A DNA stretch of 64,000 bases, taken from NCBI GenBank assembly GCA_017517275.1, contig JAFWZX010000034.1, positions 1,145 through 65,144 on the forward strand. Direction: 5' to 3'. The notes beneath the pieces were generated by a model that saw only the letters and a list, made by a program, of their open reading frames with translations, searched no databases and was not told where the DNA came from. This DNA is from Clostridia bacterium (GTDB lineage: Bacteria; Bacillota; Clostridia; UBA1212; UBA1255). Positions within the stretch are counted from its first letter, which is position 1; each line of letters starts with the position of its first letter. Of this stretch, positions 30,708 to 39,084 are shown piece by piece. A program made the position numbers and the translations under genes.

Positions 30708-31413
30708 AGGGAAACTTGTTTGTGTGGTTTATTTACTGTGTTACGTTTGTATATCGTCATTTGTGATACAGACCATGTTTGAACTTTGGTACATTACTAT
30801 ATTAATAGTTATTGTTGGAATGCCGTTATTTGTAATAAAGATGTCTCGGTACGTCGGCAAGAGAAAACGCTACAGACAGGAAGCAGAATTTTCAATCTTT
30901 CTAAGAAGGCTAAGTGCATCGTTGGCTGCGGGAATGACTGTTAGAAATGCAGTATCTGAGATTGCGATACATAATAAGGCGGAATATAAGTATCTTTTCA
31001 AAGACATTGAGAGACTTCACCGACAATTGGAATACAATCATTCTGTATGCGATGCTTTTGCCGATTTGGCGAGGAGATGCCCTTGTGATGACATCAGGCT
31101 GTTTTCTGATTGTCTTCGCTATGGTATCCCGGCCGGTGTAGACATGGTTAGCCTTATAAGATACGTTTCATCATCCTTTAATATAAAAAATGATACTCGT
31201 AGAGAGATTATGCAGACTTTGAATTTACCTAAATACAATAACCGTGTAATGTTATGCGCTCCTATCGGGTGTCTCGTTTTGATTAAAAATATTGCTCCGG
31301 AGTATATTTCGCCTTTATACGAGGGCTCCGGCAGAATCGTTATGGTGATTGTAGGTCTTTTGTTGCTTTTTGCCGGTGTTATGGGAAGCTTGATTTCAGA
31401 TGTGAAGTACTAA
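30661..31413 (+). CDS. tadB: TadB-like (T2SS F domain) membrane platform protein
   Basis: LSASLAAGMTVRNA, C-terminal TM pair with PEYISPLY; follows cpaF; start uncertain. Confidence 0.75.
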   Translation: MVMKMIRLRLQTLLSEGKLVCVVYLLCYVCISSFVIQTMFELWYITILIVIVGMPLFVIKMSRYVGKRKRYRQEAEFSIFLRRLSASLAAGMTVRNAVSEIAIHNKAEYKYLFKDIERLHRQLEYNHSVCDAFADLARRCPCDDIRLFSDCLRYGIPAGVDMVSLIRYVSSSFNIKNDTRREIMQTLNLPKYNNRVMLCAPIGCLVLIKNIAPEYISPLYEGSGRIVMVIVGLLLLFAGVMGSLISDVKY

Positions 31414-31418
31414 AGGAA

Positions 31419-32063
31419 GTGTGGCAATTGTTTAGAAAAATGAATAGGAAGATATTATACAGTTTATGTGCTTTTTTCATGATGCTTTTTTTGATGATTG
31501 CAGGAGGCAATAAACCGGGAATATGTATTATCGTTGCGTTAGCAAGCGGTAGTGTAGGATATTTTGCAAGAGACTTTTTGAACAAACGCCGACACAAAAA
31601 GCTCGTTCAAAGCATGGATATGGATATGCCGGATTTGTTAATTGACGTTGCCATGCTTATGGAATCCGGAATGAATATATGGGATGCTGTCTGTCGATGC
31701 GTGACAAATGGCGATACGAACAAACCGTTATACGGTGCTCTTTATAAAGCAATCAGGTCGGTAGATATGGGAATCTGCAGCGATTATTGTATTGCACTTG
31801 AGCAAATGGCGGAAGAATGCAGGTGTTCTTGCGTAAGTAATTTCGTTTCCTTAGTTGTGCAAAATTCTCGTAAGGGAAATAGCTTTATCGTGCAGATCTT
31901 AGTTAATTCGGCTTCTTTTTATAGAAGTGAACGGAAAAATACAGCTACTAAACTTGCCGGGGAAGCCACCACCTTAATGTTATTGCCGTCAGCAGCAGTT
32001 CTTATCGCAATGATATTGCTTATGGCGGCTCCGGCAATTATTCAAATGATAGGAGGATTGTAA
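31419..32063 (+). CDS. tadC: TadC-like (T2SS F domain) membrane protein
   Basis: DMPD.L...AML.ESGM.I..A, AGEATTLMLLP, C-terminal TM. Confidence 0.75.
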   Translation: MWQLFRKMNRKILYSLCAFFMMLFLMIAGGNKPGICIIVALASGSVGYFARDFLNKRRHKKLVQSMDMDMPDLLIDVAMLMESGMNIWDAVCRCVTNGDTNKPLYGALYKAIRSVDMGICSDYCIALEQMAEECRCSCVSNFVSLVVQNSRKGNSFIVQILVNSASFYRSERKNTATKLAGEATTLMLLPSAAVLIAMILLMAAPAIIQMIGGL

Positions 32064-32290
32064 TGTTTACTATATATAATAAATTACGCACGTATTTAAG
32101 TATGCTGCGTTGTTGTTTCTCTAAATATGTTATTAAAGATAAGAGAGGAATGAGTACCATTGAGGTAATAATTATTATTGCGGTGCTTGTAACTTTGGCG
32201 TTGATTTTCAGGACGTTTATTATGGATATTGCGTCTGATATTTTTGACAAAATAAAAGAGAAAACAGATTCATCTATTAATGATTTATAG
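32063..32290 (+). CDS. Flp1-like type IVb pilin
   Basis: Prepilin cleavage site DKRG|MSTIE then hydrophobic helix VIIIIAVLVTLALIFR. Confidence 0.85.
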   Translation: MFTIYNKLRTYLSMLRCCFSKYVIKDKRGMSTIEVIIIIAVLVTLALIFRTFIMDIASDIFDKIKEKTDSSINDL

Positions 32291-32292
32291 GA

Positions 32293-33309
32293 GTGGTGCG
32301 TATGCGAATAAGTACGGAAAGATTTGGAATAAAGGTGTCATGTCAGTATGATGCAGATATTAGTGACTTAAAGAAAATACTATCGGATGCTTCAGAACGT
32401 TATACCGACGTATACGTACCTCGAGACGTTTCAAAAGAGGGGAATGGGTATTCTTTTTTTGTTAATCACAGGCAGTCGTTGAAGGACTACGTATCCGTTA
32501 ACGGTTTTAGCATTGACGAGTTTGTCGGTTTGTTGCGCAGACTTTATCATTTTTATGAAAAGTGCGGAGAGGATTTTCATAATATAGTTTTTGATTACGA
32601 ATGTATTTTTTGGGGGATATCAGTCGATGATGTCGAATTTGTATATGCTCCTGAGCAGGACCGTAGCAAAGAAATCTTTCTGAGAGATAACAGATGCAGC
32701 GATATGTTATGTATTGTGTCTTTGATGATTGTTTTTGATGACAATACTTATAAAGAGGTTGTTAAAGACGTTTTGCAGATGGTGTCTGATTGGGAAGACA
32801 GGAGCTACTGTGCAAGCATAGATGAAGCCGAGGAAGAATTCAGTCGGATAGTAGACTATGCAGACAGTAAATTAAAAACTGTAGGCAAAGGCTTTCAAAA
32901 TACCGGTGCAGTATTGTCTGATAAAATAAAAGGGTTAATCCAAAAAGCATTAGTCTTTTTATCTGAAGATAAGAAACCGGATAGCAGAAAGGTCCAAACT
33001 AACAGAAAAATAACAATCAATGGACGGGATTTTTTTTCGAATATTGAATATAAGGGTAAAACGGATGTTTTATATATAGGACGAGATCCTACGTGGGCAG
33101 ATATAATTCTCAATGCAATCTTTGTCAGCCGAAAGCACGCTATGCTTTTCTGCGAGAACGGAAAATGGTTTATAAAGGATTTGAATTCTTTAAACGGTAC
33201 GTTTGTGGACAACAAAAAAATAGATGAAGGCGACGTAATTCGACTTCATCATAATGCCATGGTTCACTTTGGAAAGAAAGAGGGAAGCCTCAGAATCGGC
33301 CTGCGATAA
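32293..33309 (+). CDS. FHA-domain protein of clostridial tad loci (DUF6382-like N-terminus)
   Basis: C-terminal FHA motifs IGRD, VSRKHA, DLNSLNGTFV. Confidence 0.8.
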   Translation: MVRMRISTERFGIKVSCQYDADISDLKKILSDASERYTDVYVPRDVSKEGNGYSFFVNHRQSLKDYVSVNGFSIDEFVGLLRRLYHFYEKCGEDFHNIVFDYECIFWGISVDDVEFVYAPEQDRSKEIFLRDNRCSDMLCIVSLMIVFDDNTYKEVVKDVLQMVSDWEDRSYCASIDEAEEEFSRIVDYADSKLKTVGKGFQNTGAVLSDKIKGLIQKALVFLSEDKKPDSRKVQTNRKITINGRDFFSNIEYKGKTDVLYIGRDPTWADIILNAIFVSRKHAMLFCENGKWFIKDLNSLNGTFVDNKKIDEGDVIRLHHNAMVHFGKKEGSLRIGLR

Positions 33310-33332
33310 TATGCTTTAGGCTATGCACGTTG

Positions 33333-34352
33333 TTATCCGCCGATTGCAAAACGACGCTTCTTGTCCGAGCTCATTTCGCTTAGTATTTGCATAGAGCCTC
33401 GTACAACGCAATATTGAGGATCTGTTGCAACCATTACGTCAACACCCGTACTCTTGCGTATCAGCTCATCAAAGCCGGATAATTGAGCGCCGCCGCCGGT
33501 CATTACAATACCTTTGCAGTAAATGTCGGCTGCAAGCTCAGGTGGAGTCTCTTCTAATACGGCATGAATACCGTCTAAAATGGGAACAGCTGTGTCAATC
33601 ATTACTTCCAAAAGTTCTTCGGAAGTGATTACTCTCTCACAAGGAAGACCGGTGAGAATGTCGCTGCCGCGTATTTCAATTGAATTCGAGACAATTCCAT
33701 GATACAGGCAACCTACCTCGATCTTGATTTGCTCGGCAGTTGCATCTCCAACCATAAGATTATGCCGTTTCTTAAGATAATTCTTAACAGTCTCGTCGAA
33801 AGATTCGCCTCCGACCTTGACGCTTTTACTTGTTACGATGCCATCGTACGAGATAACTGCAATATCCGTTGTTCCGCCACCGATATCAACAATCATATTG
33901 CCTGTCGGCCTTGAAATATCAATGCCTGCTCCTATTGCAGCGGCCAATGGCTCTTCAACTAAGAATACTCTCTTTGCAACACTGCTGGCAGCCTGAAACA
34001 CAGCCCTTTTCTCAACGTTTGTTGTTTTGCTTGGTATAGCAATAAGCAAATCAGGTTTGAATTTTTTCTTTATAGGATTTGTAATTGCCTTATCAACGTA
34101 ATAGGCAATCATTGCCTTGGTAATGGTATAGCTGGATATAACACCGTTTTGAATAGGTCGTACCGTTGTAATATCAAAAGGTGTTCGTCCCATCATGAGA
34201 CGAGCTTCGTCACCGATTGCAAGGACTTCGTTAGTGCCTTCCTTAACTGCTACAATTGAAGGGGCCTTTATGACAACACCCTTTCCGTCTACACAAACGA
34301 GAACTGTAGCAGTACCTAAATCTATTGATATGTTTTGTTTGAAATATCCCAT
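33333..34352 (-). CDS. MreB/Mbl-family rod-shape-determining actin-like ATPase
   Basis: IDLGTA, EEPLAAAIGAG, VDIGGGTTDIA, TGGGA; stand-alone gene without mreCD, hence Mbl-like. Confidence 0.92.
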   Translation of the reverse strand: MGYFKQNISIDLGTATVLVCVDGKGVVIKAPSIVAVKEGTNEVLAIGDEARLMMGRTPFDITTVRPIQNGVISSYTITKAMIAYYVDKAITNPIKKKFKPDLLIAIPSKTTNVEKRAVFQAASSVAKRVFLVEEPLAAAIGAGIDISRPTGNMIVDIGGGTTDIAVISYDGIVTSKSVKVGGESFDETVKNYLKKRHNLMVGDATAEQIKIEVGCLYHGIVSNSIEIRGSDILTGLPCERVITSEELLEVMIDTAVPILDGIHAVLEETPPELAADIYCKGIVMTGGGAQLSGFDELIRKSTGVDVMVATDPQYCVVRGSMQILSEMSSDKKRRFAIGG

Positions 34353-34823
34353 AAAAAGTTAATCCTTCCTGATTAAACCTAAGGAGTATGATACCACCAA
34401 AAAGGGGTAACATCAAGGCATTATATAGTATTTTTCAGGCAGTTAAAATATATTCAAACTGTCTTAATGGCTTTCAATCACGCTGCGTGATTACGTATGT
34501 AAATACTAACATAAAAAAACAAATATTTAAGTATTAATATTAGTATATTAGTTGAAGATATTATAGGTTTAAGTTTTGAACGTAATTATCTATGTATTTA
34601 TATGAAAAAAGGTGAGTTTATTTAAAAATTTTTAAAATAATTCGTTTTTTTGTAAAAAAAAACAAAAGCATGCACTTTCTTTTTTTTTACGAGTGTGTTA
34701 AAATCCAGACAAGTTTTGCAAAGGTATGACTTTAGTTGCTATGGTGAGAAAATAAAATTTTTATTGTAGGAATTATAGGAACATATGCTATTGCGATAAG
34801 AATTAAAAAATTTGGAGGGTATT

Positions 34824-36200
34824 ATGAAAAAAATCATATCTATCGTTGTAACGGTTGTAATGGTTTTATCTCTGTTCTCAGGCGTGGCTGCTTTTGCTGC
34901 AGTAAATGTTGAATCAACTTTGAAGCACGTAGCAGCTGACCGTATTATGCTTGTAAAAGATGGCGGAGAGAAAGACATTATGAAAGTTGGTGGCTTGAAT
35001 AATAAATATTCAGACGTGGGTAATATTTATGCTCAGGCTAAAGAATATGAAGCAACAGGACTTCAATTTAAAGGTTGGGTCGGCTCTGTTGCTGAGATCA
35101 GTCAGTTCGGTTACAGCCTTAACGGTGCTGAAATCGTTTGGAACGACAGCTTTACAGAAGCAACAGGCGATGATGTTGTTCAGGCTGCTGCAGGCGCAGG
35201 CGCTACAAGTGCATCAAGATTCTCTGTTATAGTTCCTCTTGCTGACGGTGTTGCAAATATAAAAGTTTACGTTAAGACGGCAAAGACTATTGAAGTAATC
35301 TGGAAAGCAAGCTACGTTAATGCTGAGACTCAGACTTATTATATCAAGAGCGGCATGAACGTTCGTATAAATCCTGCTTCTAATAGTACTAGACTTGGTA
35401 CATTGGAAAAAGGCCGTGCCTTTGAACTTATCAGAAGAATTCCTAAGGCAGAAGCTGACGGACAGTATGACTATTTGGAAGTTGTTTGGGATAACTGGGA
35501 TCTCGAGAAATCAGTTGCTTATATAGCTGATATTTCTACGAACTATACTGATGCGCCTGTTGACGGCGCCGGCAATATCGGTGCTTCTTATCTTTGGATT
35601 AAGAGCGAGATGAACGTACGTACAGCCGGACCTGACTATGCCAAAATCGGTTCAGCTCGCGTAGGCGAGAGAATTACAATTCTCGAATTAGTTCCGAAGG
35701 ATGTATTTGGCAGGGATACAAACGATTATTATAAGATTGTTTGGCCCGCTGCAGAAGGCGGAGTAGCTTACGTCGCTAACTTAGGTGATACACACTATGT
35801 AACAACTCCAAATACTACATATCCTGTAGTAACACCGTACTATGTATTAAGCCAAGCGAACATTCGTACATCACCTTCTTCTGCAGATGACAGCAACCGT
35901 CTTGCTAATGCTTACTTTAATAAGGGCGAGATTCTTCCTGTTGTAGAAGTTATTGACAAAGAGACAACAGGCGAGGCCTATACATTCATTAAAGTTTATA
36001 TGGAAAATTTAGTAAACGGCGGTTATGTGTACGTTGCTTTAACTGACGCGGTATCAGCTGAAAATCCTAATGGTGCAGATCCTATTATTGCTGTAGAAGG
36101 TTCAGCTCCTGAAGGTCCTGAAACAGGCGACTTCGGTCTTATCGCTCTCGCTTTCGTGGCTATCTCTTCAGTAGTAGTTAAGAAAAGAAAAGAAAACTAA
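34824..36200 (+). CDS. Secreted surface protein with three SH3b-like repeats and C-terminal PETGD sorting-like signal
   Basis: Signal peptide; repeats with MNVR/ANIR...Y....AY; ends GPETGD + hydrophobic stretch + KKRKEN. Confidence 0.75.
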   Translation: MKKIISIVVTVVMVLSLFSGVAAFAAVNVESTLKHVAADRIMLVKDGGEKDIMKVGGLNNKYSDVGNIYAQAKEYEATGLQFKGWVGSVAEISQFGYSLNGAEIVWNDSFTEATGDDVVQAAAGAGATSASRFSVIVPLADGVANIKVYVKTAKTIEVIWKASYVNAETQTYYIKSGMNVRINPASNSTRLGTLEKGRAFELIRRIPKAEADGQYDYLEVVWDNWDLEKSVAYIADISTNYTDAPVDGAGNIGASYLWIKSEMNVRTAGPDYAKIGSARVGERITILELVPKDVFGRDTNDYYKIVWPAAEGGVAYVANLGDTHYVTTPNTTYPVVTPYYVLSQANIRTSPSSADDSNRLANAYFNKGEILPVVEVIDKETTGEAYTFIKVYMENLVNGGYVYVALTDAVSAENPNGADPIIAVEGSAPEGPETGDFGLIALAFVAISSVVVKKRKEN

Positions 36201-36226
36201 GATTTAATCTAAAATATTAGATTTGT

Positions 36227-36256
36227 AAAAGGAAGCTTCTTTCGAGGCTTCCTTTT
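36227..36256 (+). terminator. Intrinsic terminator
   Basis: AAAAGGAAGCTTC-TTTC-GAGGCTTCCTTTT. Confidence 0.8.
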
Positions 36257-36263
36257 AATTTTA

Positions 36264-36292
36264 TTGACACTAAACGATAATAATAGTAAAAT
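36264..36292 (+). promoter_or_regulatory. sigmaA promoter of NifU-like/GGGtGRT operon
   Basis: TTGACA-17-TAAAAT. Confidence 0.75.
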
Positions 36293-36356
36293 TACACGGT
36301 ATGTGCTTACAGAGATTGAGCATGCTTGATTATTTGGAAAGGGGCTTATTTAGCAA

Positions 36357-37049
36357 ATGAATTATTCACATGAAGTAGAAAAAATGTGCTGTGTAAGACA
36401 AGGAACAAACCATGGTCCGGCACCGATTCCGGAAGAGGGACAGTGGGTTAAGGCTAAGCAAATCACTGATATTTCAGGTTTATCACATGGTATCGGTTGG
36501 TGCGCACCTCAGCAGGGAACATGCAAACTTACACTCAATGTAAAAAATGGTATCATAGAGGAGGCTCTTGTTGAGACACTTGGTTGTTCAGGCATGACAC
36601 ACTCAGCTGCTATGGCTGCAGAGATTCTCGGCGGCAAGACTTTACTTGAGGCTCTTAATACAGACCTTGTTTGTGACGCAATTAACGTAGCTATGCGTGA
36701 GATATTCCTCCAGCTCGTTTACGGCCGTACACAATCAGCTTTCTCAGAAGACGGTCTTCCTATCGGTGCAGGCCTTGAGGATTTGGGTAAGGGTCTTCGC
36801 TCCCAGGTAGGTACAATGTTCGGTACGAAGGCTAAGGGTGTAAGATACCTGGAGATGGCAGAAGGTTATGTTCTCAATATCGGTCTCGATGAAAATGATG
36901 AAGTTATCGGTTATAAGTTTGTAAACTTAGGTAAGATGATGGAAGCTATCAAAAAGGGTGTTGATCCGAAAGAAGCTTATGAGAAGAATATAGGCACATA
37001 CGGCAGATTTGCTGATGCTGCTAAGGTCATTGACCCGAGAAATGAATAA
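36357..37049 (+). CDS. NifU/IscU-like Cys-rich protein (GGGtGRT partner)
   Basis: GWCAPQQGTCKLTLNV, ETLGCSGMTHS, LVCDAIN. Confidence 0.8.
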   Translation: MNYSHEVEKMCCVRQGTNHGPAPIPEEGQWVKAKQITDISGLSHGIGWCAPQQGTCKLTLNVKNGIIEEALVETLGCSGMTHSAAMAAEILGGKTLLEALNTDLVCDAINVAMREIFLQLVYGRTQSAFSEDGLPIGAGLEDLGKGLRSQVGTMFGTKAKGVRYLEMAEGYVLNIGLDENDEVIGYKFVNLGKMMEAIKKGVDPKEAYEKNIGTYGRFADAAKVIDPRNE

Positions 37050-37062
37050 GGAGGACAAGACC

Positions 37063-38061
37063 ATGATAAGATTTGAAGGTTATGAAAGAAGAATAGACGG
37101 TATCAACAAAGCTATGGCAGAATACGGTATCGAATCCTTAGAAGATGCAGTAGCTATTTGCCAGGAAAAAGGTATTGACGTTGCCGGTATTGTTAAAGGT
37201 GTTCAGCCTATCGCATTTGAGAATGCCGTATACGCGTATACGTTAGGTTGCGCAATTGCAATCAAAAAGGGTATTAAGAACGCAAGCGAAGCTGCTGCTG
37301 CTATTGGTATAGGTCTTCAGGCATTCTGTATCCCCGGATCAGTAGCTGATGCAAGAGATGTAGGTCTTGGTCACGGTAACTTAGCTGCCATGCTTCTTAG
37401 TGAAGAGACAAAGTGCTTCTGCTTCCTTGCAGGTCACGAATCATTTGCTGCTGCAGAAGGTGCTATCGGTATTGCAAGAACAGCTAATAAAGTAAGAAAA
37501 CAGCCTTTGCAGGTTATCCTCAATGGCCTTGGTAAAGATGCTGCATACGTTATTTCAAGAATCAATGGTTTCACATATGTGAAGACTGATTTTAACTATG
37601 CTACAAGAGAGCTTACTGTTGTTGAGACTAAGGCATTCTCACATGGTGACAGAGCAAACGTACGTTGCTACGGAGCAAACGACGTTAACGAAGGTGTTGC
37701 TATCATGCAGAAGGAAGCTGTAGAAGTATCAATTACAGGTAACTCAACTAACCCCACAAGATTCCAGCACTTAGTTGCAGGAACGTACAAGAAATGGGCT
37801 ATTGAGAATGGCAAGAAGTATTTCTCCGTTGCTTCAGGCGGCGGCACAGGACGTACACTTCACCCGGACAACGTTGCTGCAGGTCCAGCTTCCTATGGCC
37901 TTACAGACTCAATGGGACGTATGCATGGTGACGCACAGTTTGCAGGTTCATCTTCAGTACCGGCTCACGTTGAGATGATGGGTCTTATCGGCGCCGGTAA
38001 CAACCCTATGGTTGGTATGACCGTGGCTTGTGCAGTTGCTATCGAAGAAGCAAGCAAGTAA
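37063..38061 (+). CDS. GGGtGRT-family protein
   Basis: Signature VASGGGTGRTLHPDN; LAGHESFAAAEGA; strong RBS. Confidence 0.92.
   Translation: MIRFEGYERRIDGINKAMAEYGIESLEDAVAICQEKGIDVAGIVKGVQPIAFENAVYAYTLGCAIAIKKGIKNASEAAAAIGIGLQAFCIPGSVADARDVGLGHGNLAAMLLSEETKCFCFLAGHESFAAAEGAIGIARTANKVRKQPLQVILNGLGKDAAYVISRINGFTYVKTDFNYATRELTVVETKAFSHGDRANVRCYGANDVNEGVAIMQKEAVEVSITGNSTNPTRFQHLVAGTYKKWAIENGKKYFSVASGGGTGRTLHPDNVAAGPASYGLTDSMGRMHGDAQFAGSSSVPAHVEMMGLIGAGNNPMVGMTVACAVAIEEASK
38005..38061 (+). repeat. 57-bp direct repeat, copy 1 (3' end of GGGtGRT gene)
   Basis: CCTATGGTTGGTATGACCGTGGCTTGTGCAGTTGCTATCGAAGAAGCAAGCAAGTAA, identical to 38741-38797. Confidence 0.97.
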
Positions 38062-38076
38062 TTGAATCTTGTTTTT

Positions 38077-38113
38077 ACGAGAGAAACCCGAATATTGGGT
38101 TTCTCTCGTTTTT
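38077..38113 (+). terminator. Intrinsic terminator after GGGtGRT gene
   Basis: ACGAGAGAAACCCG-AATA-TTGGGTTTCTCTCGT-TTTT. Confidence 0.85.
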
Positions 38114-38147
38114 AATTTACATCCGATATAGTTCAAACTAAAAAACT

Positions 38148-38735
38148 ATGATTTTAGACTATTTACAAGCTACTTGCTGGTCAATAACATATGTACTACT
38201 AATTATTTATGCAAAAGCCAATAAAACTTACGGGATCCCGCTGTTGCCACTGTTGCTTAACTATAGTTGGGAAATAGATGCAATTGTTCTAACACTAACG
38301 ACAAATCGAACTCTTGTGCCCCTCCTTATGCATGGAGCATGGTTTTTGTTAGACACGGTTATTGTCATTTTATATTTCCATTACTCACCTTCACGAAAAA
38401 GCAATATAATATTTTTCATCAAATTCGCTTTCGTTTTGTGTTTTATGACAATTCTTTTTAAAATGGGGCGTGCTCTCGTTACAAGTTATGTGATTGACTT
38501 TATTATGTCTTTTGCTTTTTTGCAGTTTGTTTTATTTCATCGTGTAAAGAAAAGTTGGGTATCATACAGTATTGCTTTTTTTAAGCTTGCGGGAGATTTA
38601 TTTGCATGGCCTAATATGTACGGTCTTCATTGGGCGACTTTCGTTGTATTGGGGTGCAATTTTACATACATACTGATTTTGTTTTTCAAAAAAGGTGATG
38701 ATGCTCCATTCTGTGTTTGGAAAATTTTAAAATAA
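38148..38735 (+). CDS. Multi-TM protein resembling PaxB/Pyr4-type membrane terpene cyclases
   Basis: WSITY..II......TYGIP......N.SWE, W.LLD, AFFKLAG motifs. Confidence 0.6.
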   Translation: MILDYLQATCWSITYVLLIIYAKANKTYGIPLLPLLLNYSWEIDAIVLTLTTNRTLVPLLMHGAWFLLDTVIVILYFHYSPSRKSNIIFFIKFAFVLCFMTILFKMGRALVTSYVIDFIMSFAFLQFVLFHRVKKSWVSYSIAFFKLAGDLFAWPNMYGLHWATFVVLGCNFTYILILFFKKGDDAPFCVWKILK

Positions 38736-38740
38736 AGCAT

Positions 38741-38797
38741 CCTATGGTTGGTATGACCGTGGCTTGTGCAGTTGCTATCGAAGAAGCAAGCAAGTAA
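38741..38797 (+). repeat. 57-bp direct repeat, copy 2
   Basis: Identical to 38005-38061. Confidence 0.97.
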
Positions 38798-38839
38798 GAG
38801 ATTTTTTGTAAGCCTAATTTGTAAATTCAATATAATAAC

Positions 38840-38882
38840 AGTAAGGCTCCTTGTGAACTAAATATTCATGAGGGGTCTTATT
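38840..38882 (+). terminator. Terminator-like hairpin after repeat copy 2
   Basis: AGTAAGGCTCCTTGTGAA...TTCATGAGGGGTCTTATT (G-U pairs). Confidence 0.6.
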
Positions 38883-39084
38883 ATTAAATGAAAGCATGTA
38901 GGATAAAGATGTATTGAGAAAAAGTTTCTTACAGCGAGTTATACGAAAAGTAAACAGCTTGTTCATAGAAAATAAATAACATTAAAAAAATCAAAAAAAA
39001 ATTTCATAATAATAATGAAAAAGGAGTTTTCTTTTTTGCAGAAGGTGTTAAAATATAGTAACATCAAAAAAAGGAGAGATCTAT

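Noticed and set aside
34768-34803. AGGA...GAAT sigH-like promoter upstream of the SH3 protein
   Set aside because: Spacing of 19 nt is longer than typical sigH promoters
38005-38797. 57-bp repeat pair as CRISPR or DGR template/variable repeat
   Set aside because: Only two copies 736 bp apart, fully identical (no adenine-specific differences), and no cas or reverse transcriptase gene in the window
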